From Klebsormidium nitens (lineage: Eukaryota > Plantae > Klebsormidiophyceae), in the NCBI GenBank assembly GCA_000708835.1, contig DF237133.1:62001-126000 (forward strand): a DNA stretch of 64,000 nt, given 5' to 3'. Both the position numbers and the translations under genes were made by a program. The notes beneath the pieces were generated by a model. It was not told where the DNA came from. It saw only the letters and a program-made list of their open reading frames with translations, and did no database searches. Positions 13,595-25,111 of the stretch are shown one piece after another; positions within the stretch are counted from its first letter, which is position 1; each line of letters opens with the position of its first letter.

Positions 13595-16313
13595 CTATGC
13601 GTCCCAAGTACGAGCTTGGGAGTAACCGCCGGAGCCAGCTGAACCAGCCTCGAAGTAGCGCTCGATGGCGCTCAGGCCGAACTCGGGCTCGGCCTTCTTC
13701 CTTGAGGAAAGGTAGAGCTCGACCCACACAACCTGGAAAGAGAGACAGATAACGCTGAGATGACTTTTCCGGCGGCTTGTTTCCCCAGCTTTTGGTCCTC
13801 TGTCGATACTCGTGAGCTCATCTCCACGGAAAGCCTAGCTCTCCGTTCAACTGGGGTGCCATTGCTACAATCAAAAAGCTCCACAGATTTGCTGGGAAGT
13901 CGTTACGTCATTTGTGACTGTCGTCAAATGGCCTGCCATCTTGTAACAACGATCGAATCGAAAACTTATTTAGGAGAGAACGAAGGCCTGTATCTCTCAA
14001 CCAACAATTGACTCGAGCAGCCCATCGCATGTATTCGAAGCCGAGAAAGCGCAGTTCATTAAGCAGATTTTAAGCAACGTAAGCGCAGAACCAAAGCAGA
14101 GGGGCCATCTTACATACAGAAGAAACACAAAAAACGAACGTCAGCATCTCTTGCTTACCTGCAGGTATGCCTGGATGAAGACCGACAGCAGGAACACGAT
14201 CAGCGCTCCCAGGATGGCCAGCAGCACCTGCCACCAGGTCCCAGCGAACGCAGACCCGTCCTGGAAGTTGTTGACCAGAATCTCTAGGGGAGATCCCAGA
14301 ACAATGGAGACCAAAGCGCTCAGCAGAATGACTGCCAGGATGGCTGCCCTGCTGCCCTTGGAGAGAGTCCAGCTGCGGCGAAGGGCGGCAAAGCCCCAGA
14401 GGCCGGAGCCCTCAATGGCGGTGGCTTGGTCAGCCAGGGAAAGGCCGACAATGATGAAGAGGGTGGCAGGGAGGGCGAGTACGAGCCAGATGACGAGGGT
14501 CGTGGCAGCGGCGAAGTTGGGGGAGGCGCCTGGGGTAGGGAGGGGTGCACAGGTAAGTAGAAGATTGATAGATTTTTGAGAGAATATTCTCAACATTCCA
14601 TGATTCAGGAGTCTGAACAAACAGACCATTATACCATCTGTAATGAGAAGAAGAGAAGCGGCAATGGTATGGTTGAGGAAAAGGAAACGACACGAAAGTC
14701 AGCACTCGCAGGATCAATACTGAAGCTTTATCCTACAGTTGCGTATCATAAATTCCCAGATTGAAACAGGGACTTTTACAGTGGGACTAGCCTGCTGAGT
14801 ATCTGGACTGAGGGTCTGCAACTGTAAGGTTCTGACAGATTAAAATATCGGAATGCATCAGCAAAAGGACCAAGGCATTATTGTGGAGCTGAGTCAAGGA
14901 AAGATGGAAACCATATTTACACTGGTCAGAGATAGCATCTGAAAGATTCAACATTGTCAATGCCATGCGTGCCAGTGAATTATAAGAAAACAATAGCACA
15001 AGCTAAGGTGTACAGGAGTAGTATCACAATCAACTGACTATAGAAAAGTTCCACCAAGGAATTTCTGCTTCGCGCAAGTTGAAATTTAGGAATCCGAGAG
15101 AGAGCTGTGGATGGAAGGGCAATCCAGACCCCCAGCTCTCTTGCATCCTTTACTAGAAACTCACAGCATTGCAACGGGCCACAGAGGTCTTGCAAACCTT
15201 TCATCTTGGGACTGAAAATCTTGTGTGAGACATTGACCTAAAACAATCAATGATCATGATTGTCGAGCTTGGCTTCCTTGGCTCATCTGCATAGTACTTG
15301 TGACAGAAGAGCACTGCCCCCATGCTTTATGCATGCAAGACTCTAGAAAAGACTAATTTACATCGGACAATCCATCCAGGAACTTGACACCACCATGCAG
15401 TCTACTTCTGTTGACATCTTGTCAAACCATCGCCTTGGTGACAACAATGTAACCACAATGGATCAACCACAAATCGATTGACAACCGTTGTCAACTCCTT
15501 CCATTGAAATATGAATATCTTCCAAAGATCACTCTCAAAGCGAACATGACGCAAGTTCAGCTCCCTGGTTGGTCCAATTCCACAGCATTGCATGTAAAGA
15601 TCTCAACAACAGCTTTGAGCGTCATTACCAAAAGCATTCCACCTCAAATTACAATTGCTCAAGAAGTGTCTAATACGTTCACTGCCCGAAGACCACATTA
15701 ATGTCAAACCCTCACCCTTGAAGAAGACCCCGGTCACCACCCCGCCGATGAGCGCCACAAGAGCACCCAGCACGAACGTCACCAGGATCGTGACCAACGA
15801 CTGCGCGATGTCAGTGCCAATAAGGCGCCAGAAGCTGCCCTTGATGACACCCCACACCGGTCCAGGCTTCCTTCCCACATGGTCCCCGAGCACCACGTAC
15901 ACGAACACAGCAATCAGGATCACGTGCGCGCCAGCTGAGAGCAGGAAGTTGACCGCCGTTGCAACAGCAAACGCGACCGGGTTGACCTTCGGCGAGGGGG
16001 TAGGGGCTGGGGCAGGCGCGTAGTGGCCATGAGGGGCAGGCGCGGGGGCGTACCTCCCATGGGCATCCACGTTCGGGGGGCCCCAGGGGAAAGGCTGGTC
16101 GGTCGAGGGCTGGATGATAGGCCCAAAGATGGCGGTCAACGCAAGGACAACTAGGAGTGGGATTGCGGCGGTCGCAGCCGCGGTGGTAAGCAGAAAGCGC
16201 AGGTGCGAAGTGAATACACGCCACGAGGTGCGGAAGACGGCCGGGAGGGTCGCCGGCTCGGGCTCGTGCGCGATCAGCGCCTTGCGCAGGGTGTGCTCTA
16301 CGGCCTCCGCCAT
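13595..16313 (-). CDS. Uncharacterised multi-pass membrane protein (about 6 TM segments, 368 aa) with an Ala-Pro-rich loop
   Basis: Exons 16313-15716, 14529-14159, 13732-13595 (1107 nt) with canonical sites and consistent phases. Several long hydrophobic segments. Loop HGRYAPAPAPHGHYAPAPAPTPSP. Layout resembles plant/bacterial DUF975 or GPDPase-membrane-like proteins, but the family is not confirmed. Confidence 0.85.
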
Positions 16314-16975
16314 GATGCTTGCTGAAATCTGGCACAAATTGAGCTGGCAAAGCAGGAGCTGAGCGGGTGAATCGAATCCTCCCTGCCCTTTCAAATTCTT
16401 TCAATCTTTGTGAAACCTCCTCCGAGCCAAAACCGTTAGGTAAGGTGCCTTGCAACCATGCACCTACCGCCGCCGCCCTTTCATGTGCATGGATGTTCAG
16501 CTGCCCTGTCATTCTTTCAAAAGTTTGGGCAGGCTGGCGCCAGACGGTGGAATCTCAGGTCCGGCCAAGTGGAATCAGAATCCCGCTTGGACCAATCAGA
16601 ATGAAAGAAAGCTTACGGTATCGTACCGTGTAGGTTCGAGGTTTGCGCTGAGCGAGCGGCCGCGCCAACCCCAACAGCGGCCGCCCTTTGGCGGGCCGGG
16701 CGTCGCGCATTGACTCAATGCTGACAATGCGGAAATGCGTGTAGGTACGCGTCGAGTCTAACAACAGTACCCCGCCAACAAAATGTCTTAAAGAAGGGAG
16801 CAAGGGCGGAGGAATTCGCAAGAACTGTGACACTCTCTGATTTAATTGTCATCTTGAATGCTTCAGTACAGCTAAGTATGTCCACCCTGCCACCCTGCGC
16901 ACCCTTGGGCCATTCATACTACAAGCTGGCAGCTTTTCAGAACAATTGGCTCGTCATGGACCCTCTGCAGATGCA

Positions 16976-17230
16976 AAATTGCTGCTGAATAATTACCGGA
17001 AGAGTGTAGACAAGGAATTTCAGAAGCGCATTGCTTACCAGACCGCTACTGATGTCCTTGAGGTTGAGGTGGCGCTAGCACGCGAGAGCAAGAAAATGAA
17101 CAAGAAAAATGATCGACTAGAGGAACTGAAGGAAGCAGAACGGCATTTCAAAGCCCTGAGGAAAGAGTGGAAAGAGATATTTGATTGGAAACAGAATTTG
17201 CTAAGGAAATGCGAAGGGTTCATTGTATAA
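16976..17230 (+). CDS. Probable terminal exon of an unknown helical/coiled-coil protein
   Basis: Acceptor ctctgcag, then an open frame (D)AKLLLNNYRKSVDKEFQKRIAYQ...ELKEAERHFKALRKEWKEIFDWKQNLLRKCEGFIV* with strongly charged helical composition. Upstream exons not found. Confidence 0.3.
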   Translation, partial: KLLLNNYRKSVDKEFQKRIAYQTATDVLEVEVALARESKKMNKKNDRLEELKEAERHFKALRKEWKEIFDWKQNLLRKCEGFIV

Positions 17231-17287
17231 CCTCTGCGCGACTTTTGTTCCCGTGGCGGGTGCAGCGCATCTCAAGGCTCAATGATG

Positions 17288-18478
17288 TTACTCATTGACA
17301 AAATACTGCACCTGCATGATCGATCCACACATTGAGTGGTTAGAAACAAAGGTGTCCAATGTATATTGTGTCAATTTTACACCGTCTGCATTGTTGATTG
17401 CTGAGGTCAGTAGGCTGCCTACCTTATCAAAAATTTTTAGGTTATGTTGGTCCCTCTTCCAGGCTAGACTTTTCCGTAGCTTTTGAAACTCAAGGAGAGT
17501 GTGGGCCCCAGCCAGCCCCCGATCCGTTTGCATGACCATGCAACCTGCTTCTGTAAGAGTACGTTGTAAGAGTTCAACTGCTTGTATACAAGACCCCTCT
17601 CCATGCTGGCGCGCTAAATTGCCTCATCTATACTGCGAGCATGTATACATGTGTTGTGTGCGTTGTCGATACCTTTCCCTCCTTCGAAATGGTCGGAAGG
17701 ATCCATGCTAAATTTGAAGTACGGGGCAGAACAGCCGGCATGCACTTTGCGCATCAGTATATGGATTCGTGTGATGCACTCTCCTTGCTCTATATTCTTC
17801 TCTCCCAGCTCTCAATCGGGTCCGACCCAGATGCCATGCTAGCAAGTCAAAGTGACCTGATTCACAGCTGTTATGCACCGCGCACTGCCTGTCATGCTGA
17901 GCATAGCAGTGCAGACTTTGTCGTGTGGGTTGGCCTGTCATGCAACAAATGACATGCCACCTTCTTGCATGCTCGCGACTTGACAGCAAAATTTGCCTTA
18001 CTCAAGCGCTCATGCGCTAGTAAAGTAAAAGAAGTCCGCGGCCATTACTTCAAATACCTGCCAAGGTTCCCTCCAGCCTTGTCTCGCCTTTCTTCGCATT
18101 CGACTCATAGCAGTGCAAAGGATTATGCCCCTTGCGAAGTGCGTCATCTGGACAGGTGTACTGGCCTGATGCCCAAGCGGCAGAAACGTCTGATTGATTG
18201 TTTCCGTAAAGCGAGCCCACCGCTGCACCAACATGCACCAACATGCTCCTGCACACAATGGTCAAAAGAAGGTGAGAGTCCGTCCGACCCCGACCCCCTA
18301 TGATGATGCTTTCAGGTTTTTTCAGTAACCACAGATCGGCAAGGAGAATCACGAGCGCTTTCCTGCACTCACGGTGCGCAGTGAGCTTGGGCTGCGCCCA
18401 ATCATGTTGCTCTGAGCGCTTGCGGTCGTTCCTCTTACTCTTGTGATTGCGAACCCATTGTTGCCTTGCTGCGGTCAT
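17288..18478 (-). CDS. Hypothetical two-exon protein, about 248 aa
   Basis: ATG at 18478 opens to donor G|gtattt at 18058 (phase 1). Acceptor atttag| at 17613 resumes in matching phase (ARQHGEGSCIQAVELLQRTL...QYFVNE*) to the stop at 17288. No family recognised, and the acceptor is weak. Confidence 0.35.
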
Positions 18479-18937
18479 GCAGTGTAATCCTCCCACAAGC
18501 CAACATTTTCTGAAAACCCGGAGCGGGTCAGGAAAAGTCCAGATTGAATCTCAAACCTTCAAAATGAATTCAGGTGACGCCTGACCTATCATTTTATGAA
18601 ACAGGAAATCGAGCAAGCGTGTACGAAAGGGACCGCGCCAGACCAGGCGGCATGAATCCCAAATTTGGGAGAGTGGTACTCTTGCGCAATCAAAACCTTA
18701 GGCATTTCAAGGAACGTCCAAAAGTTTGCGCCTTTTAGTTCCTCATTACCATCCAGTGAAATGGAAACTCCTAGACTTCAGGCCAAGAGCCAAGACCCAT
18801 CCAGCTCTTGCACCTCTTATCCAACCAATTCAATCGTCCTTCTTTGGCCTCGTTTCCTCACCTGAGCCGGGCCCCCCCAACCCTTCCACCGCACCACCCG
18901 CCCGTACGAGCCCATCAGGCCGATTGCCTCCACCCCC

Positions 18938-21900
18938 CTAGAAGTACGACACCGCCTCCGCCGCGTGCTTGACCAGCGTCTTCTCCGGCAGCGACATCTC
19001 CAGATGCGCCCACGGCAACACCATCTCCCCGGGGGGGTGCTTTTCGTGCACGTAGAAGTCCATCGGCGGGAGGGATCCCCTCAGTTCCTTAAATGCGCGC
19101 CGGAAGCTGCCCCGGCTGTCCCCGTACTCGCGCACTAATTCCAAGAGGGGGCCGAGCCGTCGGTCGCCCCGCGACAGGAGCGCCTGCGGGACGTGACGTC
19201 AGCTGTGAAAACCGGAGGCACAGCAACTGGAGGGTGATGCGAGGAGGAAGCTCAGCATCTTAAGTCCATAGGTTAGGGACAGGGCCGAAGTCAGAGAAAG
19301 TGCGTCGTCAGCGTAGGGTAAACAAGCGAGCGGCAAAAGTAAGCAGCTGGAGTGGAGCAGCCAACATGGCAACTCGGAGGCCGCGCAGCCGACGTCAGCA
19401 GGCTTCCAAAATTACAATCTCGATCGACGTGGCGGCGTCCGAATGGGTTCATGCTGACGTCATCACCTGGATGGTGGACCACTTGTAGCTCTCGGGCCGG
19501 AAGTCGACGCCGATCTGGCCCATCTCCTTCGCCAGGAACTGCAGCCGCTTCTCGCCCTCGGGGTCCACGCCCCACCACTGGAACGGGGTGTGCGCCTGCG
19601 GAGAACAGAATAGCTTGTTCGGATCCAAGCATAGCGAATACGAGAAGCGGGCATGCCGTCGTTGAACAGGGGCGTAAGACAAGAGTGCTGCATCTTAGGA
19701 AGACTTGAGGGTGACATCGTAAGTTTTCTGGCTGTTTCCGCCGGGGGAAGGGGGTGAGGAGATCGTAGAAGGGGAGTGTCCACAGACGAGCAGATCAGTT
19801 CGGCATGAAGCGTAACAAGGCGCATCCGTTTTTCGCCTGAACTTTCTCAAGCGGAAACAGCGAGCTTTCGCTCACTGGAAGAGAGCACGTCTGCAAGCTC
19901 ATGATCCATTTTGCTTGCTTAAAAATCCTACGGAGAGCCGACGAGACAACGAGAGGGGGAAGAGAGGCTACTACGTGCCTCGGCTGCACTTCTCAGGCAC
20001 AACACGAAACATCTCAAGCCCCCAGACAAACGGGAATTATCGCACGGTAGAAGAAGACAAAAGAAACTGCAGATTGTCCACCTCCTTGAAACCTGGACGA
20101 GTGGCAGCCCAGATTACCTCCCAAGAAACATGGGAAGCGGTTCAAGCACAGCAAGATTGCGTTTAGAAGCAAGTCGGAGCTCGCTTGCCCGAGCACACAC
20201 GTAAAAGTACCGGAGGAAGCCAAAAACTGTCCACGTGCCTTTGGTACAAAAGTGCTGCAGCCGAGCGTGAGCCGCAGCCCCGGGGCGGCCTTCCGGACGT
20301 CCTTCATCATGTCCACAGTCTGCTGGACGTCCGCCTGCGTCTCCCCGGGAACTCCCACCATGCCGTACAGCTTCAGCGCCTCCAAACCTCCCTGCTGGGC
20401 GTTAATGGCGGCGCCCACAATGTCCGCCTGCTCTAGTTTCTTGTTCACGATCCTGAAAGAAACGGACAGACTGGTAAGTAGGGTGAGCGTTACATAGTGG
20501 TCAGCTTCGATGTTGCATTACACAGTGATGCCACTGCTGTGAGAATCATGGCGGCGCACTGCACAATATCCGCCTCCTCTACGTTACGACCTGAGAGGAA
20601 ACAAACAGATATCACCACTACATCGTAGTCAGCTTCACTTTATCAATCAAGAATGAACGGCCAGTGCAGTGGACAATACGGCCCCGCCAATCAAGTCCGC
20701 CTAGTCTAGTTTCTTGTTCACTATTCTGGTTGGAGACGGACGGACTAGTGAGTGGTGCGAGCGTCTCGTAATCCATTCGTGGAGGGAAACGCCTATGAAT
20801 TGAATGTCACGCCCACTTTCTCCGACGGCTTGATATTTTAAACATCACAATCCTCTCTCTGTGCAGACTGGCTTTGGCAACGAAAACGGACACTTGAATC
20901 AGTCATCTCATCCTCAGTGATCAAGCACGCCTCGATAAAGCACCGACGCCCTTCAACTTCATACTGCCTTCTCTGTGACACGGAAAAGCAATGCCTTTTC
21001 TTCTCATTTGATAAGCAAGACCACCGGTAGTCTCATTCTTTTTCTCACCTTCGCATGCGCTCCGACCCGCTCTCGACGGCGATGGTGAGGCTCTTGGTGC
21101 CCCGCCGCACGAGCGCTGACGTCAGCTTGGGCGTCACGGTGTTGGTCCGCACGGACGCGACGCTCATGCGGACGTGGTCGTACTGCGGCTGGCACATGTG
21201 CTCCAGCAGCGCCTCGAACTCGGGGTGCTGCGTGTGCAAATAGGTGCCGAGTTTCTTCACATGCTCAACCTTCGGCAAAAGTTTCTTGATCCGGAATGGT
21301 TCAAAATTTACTGTTACTCAGCTTGATGTGTTCACGAATCTCAACCGAAGCTGCGGTTTAGTGAGCAACTTCGGAGATTATCCAAATTCGGACACTTCCG
21401 AAAGTGGGAATGAAAAGGTGGGCAGGAAGATCATCACGCGTTCCCAAAAACATCGGAAAAACCAGAAGCAATTTCGAGACAACGCCAGAGACTAAGAATA
21501 TGAACCTCCCGCGAGTGAACAAGGCCCGTTTTGCGACTTCTCTCCGACTCATCTTTTCCGGTCACTCGAACCAACACCCCAACACCTCCTCGCCCACAAG
21601 GGCACAGCGCCTCACCTGGGTTACGGACGCCCCGAGCAGTCCGATCCTGTCCGTGACTTTGAGCCCCTCTTCGATGGACGGGATGAGCGACGTGGTCAGG
21701 GCGGCGGTGCGAAACGGCAGCGTCACATAGCTGGCCAGGCAGAAGCGACACATCTCGGGGCAGCTGCGGACCACCTGAGGGGGGGTGCGAAAGGGACCGG
21801 TTTTGGACAAAGCGTCTCAGGTAGGGTTGGTCCCCGGGGGCCCAAGACCAGGACCATATTTTGATAGGTGTGGAGACCAAGGGACTGACGTCAACGGTTC

Positions 21901-24900
21901 TGTGGCTTTCATGTGCGCTTTTGGAACGGGTTAGGATAGAGTGGTGCTGGAGGGGCGGACAAGAAAGTGAAGCGGGGGAGGTGGAAAGGATGCCGGAGTA
22001 TAGCTGACAAGCAAGATCAACGGCTATAAGAAGCGCAACAATCGCGTTGGACTGAGCGCGTCCAGGAAACAGACTGGCATTAAAACAATGTCCGAAAACT
22101 GCTGTCCGTGAGAGAAGCGGGACATGGACAGCTCACACATGGCTGGCATCGAAATCGAGCAATTGAAATCTTGTACCACTCAAGGACCCGAAAATTCAGA
22201 AAGATTGCAACACTCAAGAACCCAAAGAATTCAGAGAAATTGCAAATTGCATAATACAGTGGAAGATAAGTACAGACCTCCAGAACCCCTGGAGTCTCCT
22301 CACCTCGACCATGTAAATATTCTCCCACGCCATCTTCTCCGACACCACCGTCGACCGCGCGAGCGTATTCCCACGGTACGTCTGCTTCTTGACCGTTTCC
22401 GGAACGTCTTCTGCTATCCGTTTCAGCCCAACCCGGCGCCCGTCGGGGGCCTCGTATTCGGGGACGTACAGACTGGGGCAGTATATGCCGGGGACCTGGG
22501 ACAGGGCCCGAAGCACTTCCGGACGGCTTTGGGCGTCCGAGGGGGAGCTCTTGACGGCTTTGTACGCTTCCAGAAATGCTTGAAGCAGGTCTTCGCCTGC
22601 AGAAGAAACAGCGAGTGACGTTACTGATTGCTTGCATTCAGAAGGGAAATAAGGGTGCCAACGACGGGAGGGACTTCCCAAGGCACAAGGCTTCCTTCAA
22701 AGTGCTATGCTTAAGCAAATACCAGTAATAGTCGCATACTCTGCGCTTCGAGCACTTTGGGAGGCAACTACAGTTAGGCAGGTGCAATTGCGGGCTGGTG
22801 CATGGTACAAGTATCGAATCTCTAAGGCAAGAGATCCTGCGGTTTAATCAGCGGGATGCGGCCAGGTGGGCTTGAGAAGCTGACTGCAGGAAACCCTTTA
22901 TTTATAGCAGTAGTCCTGGAGCTTGTCCAAATGCATCTCCACCAACTGAGCGACATCAGTCTGGAGCTGCTCGTCTTCCCTTGCAATGCTTCTCGATCGT
23001 GACTGCTTTCACAACTGCCCACTAAGGAATCATCAAAAAACCGCCGAGCCTGTAGCATTTGCCGGGGCACTCAACAAGACCCATCTATTCACCACCTCAC
23101 TTGGTAGGTAACTGCACCACTCACCGTCCCCTAGCAAGACCACATCGAACCAGTCCGCATAAGGCTCCGGGTTCGCCGTCAGAACCGGCCCGCCTCCAAA
23201 TATCAGCGGGTGCTCGGGGCCCCTATCAACCGCCCTGATGGGAATGTTTGCCGCCTCGAGCATCGCCAGAATGTTGGCGTAATCGAGCTCCCAGGAAAAG
23301 GAGAAGCCCAAAAGGTCGACTTGACGGGGGAGGGGTTCGGAAGCGTCCGTGAAGAGCCGCGCACAATGGACATCTGGGCGTCCGGCAAGATAGGCCCAGA
23401 CCTGGGAAGGAAGAGTCGGATTGTGAGACCCCTCTATGCAATATCCGAGGTAAAAGGAGGAGGGAGCTATCAAAAGTGGATCCTTTGGTATGGAGAATTC
23501 AAGGCGCTGCGCAGTGCTCATGGCGCCTAATCTGGAAGGTTTGAATCTGCAGGATGGGGAAGCTTGGAAGGGGCATCGGGAGCGGCTTTAAAAGGACAAA
23601 GGAACGAACATGATCAGCTTTGAAAGGACAAAGGAACGAACATGATCAGGCTTTAAAAGGAGGAGATCTTCTTTTTGAAATCGATAGTCAAGTGAGACGG
23701 TTGCGGAGGAGGGACATGCCTCGAGTGATAGGAAATTTGGCAAAGTAGAGTCTGCTGGGCCGATGCATGAGCCTTGATCCTCGCTCAGTCGAGCAGATTG
23801 AAGTTGAAGATATCAAAAAGAGACTCTTCTTCAAGCGCCATGCTGTGCCAACGTTTCCCTCACTCCAAAAGCTGCGCACCAAATTGATGACAAGTTGGCG
23901 AATCACGTTCAAAAGTTACCCTCAAAACAATCACAGGCCTAGTGTCCTTTAGGAATCTAGTCTTCTGCAATAACAAAGATCTGCCCAGCATTCAGTCACA
24001 AATCGACCACCACCGCAGCATCGTCTTCTCCGAGTTGCAAACACTTGCTACTCTTTCAGAAGCTAAACTTCCTTTGCTGCTACGTTCTGCTTTGTGCAAT
24101 GCCTTTTTGGTAGCATTGCATTATGGAGTCGCCAGTGTCTCTCCTTAGCCTTGCATCATGTTTATGAACAGAAACCAGATACTGCATTGATTGAAAGAGC
24201 CGAACATACAGGCAACTGCCAATCAAGCATGGGCACCCCTCTCATATGGCCTAGAGAACCAATCTCTGCAACCCCTTGCGGCCACTCACCAGCTGATACC
24301 CCAGGCTGCATATCCCCACCGTATACGTGTTCGGGTACGCATACACGCACTGCACGGCGTCCCTCCCCGCTGGAACCACATCAAACATCAGCTTCTCGTC
24401 TTGCTCAAAAGCGCGCATCGCCGCCAGCTTTTCATGTTGGCTCGGCATGGCCGCCCGCCCCCCTCCGCCGTGATCCTCATCCTTGTCGACTTTCTGGGGG
24501 CGGGGTTTTGCTGCGCTGGCGCCTTTCCGAGTCGCTGTGCTGGCGCCGCCAGGGGAACCTTTACCACCGCGGCGGCCGCCTCTAGTTTCCCTCGCCGCGG
24601 CGCTTATAGTGGCTTCTCTTTTGGCTGACCTGTTTCTGCTGGAAATGCTCCTTGATCTGGCGGTTTGACCACCAGGAAAGGAAGAAGAAGGCGCGCCTAG
24701 GAAAGCTGATTTCAAAGTTGCAGAAATGAAGGATATTTGACGGGTGGGAATCAAAGGTCTGGTGGCGGACCGAGAACAACAAGCTTCTGCCGGCCATGCC
24801 ACATGGGGCGATGGAAGGTGCGAACTGTTGAAAGCGCGCCTTAAATCATGGGTGTGCACTACATGGTTTAGCGCGCCAGACCTGAGTGGGATTGAAGAAA

Positions 24901-24949
24901 TAGATGGAACCGGCACCCGAGCAAACACGATCGCTGTCTGCCCCGCCAT
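18938..24949 (-). CDS. Radical SAM protein with B12-binding-like N-terminal domain, cyanobacterial type, putative plastid transit peptide, about 718 aa
   Basis: Eight exons: 24949-24290, 23401-23125, 22596-22304, 21774-21616, 21227-21049, 20452-20239, 19595-19467, 19183-18938 (2157 nt). CxxxCxxC motif RSCPEMCRFC. Also AYPNTYTVGICSLGYQ, GFSFSWELDY, GGGPVLTANPEP, LLGDGE, TIAVESGSERMR, YGMVGVPGET, STFVPKAHTPFQ. The N-terminus is Ser/Ala/Arg-rich and poor in acidic residues. Intron 6 needs a GC donor. The exact start codon is uncertain. Confidence 0.92.
20694..20775 (-). repeat. Degenerate intronic copy of the acceptor and 5' end of radical SAM exon 6
   Basis: gtccgcctagtctagtttcttgttcactattctgg...acggacggactagtgagt aligns with 20422-20480 (gtccgcctgctctagtttcttgttcacgatcctg...acggacagactggtaagt). 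Confidence 0.8.
23585..23661. repeat. 32-bp tandem repeat, about 2.4 copies, in radical SAM intron 1
   Basis: gcttt(a/g)aaaggacaaaggaacgaacatgatca at 23585 and 23617, with a partial third copy at 23650. Confidence 0.9.
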
Positions 24950-25084
24950 CCTCCGCCCAAAAAGGATCCCTAGCAAGGAGCAATTGCGTCACCAATGTCA
25001 CTGTATATGTAATGCAGATATTGAGGGGGGTGATTGCCAATGAGTGGAGCGCCACCTGACTTTCTACAGCTGGAAAATCGAATG

Positions 25085-25111
25085 TTGGAACTTGGAACTT
25101 GGAACTTGGAA
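25085..25111. repeat. 7-bp tandem repeat (TTGGAAC)x~4 upstream of the radical SAM gene
   Basis: ttggaac ttggaac ttggaac ttggaa read directly from the sequence. Confidence 0.85.

Noticed and set aside
25085-25111. (TTGGAAC)n as a heat-shock element
   Set aside because: It lacks the alternating inverted nGAAn/nTTCn arrangement, so it is treated as a simple repeat.
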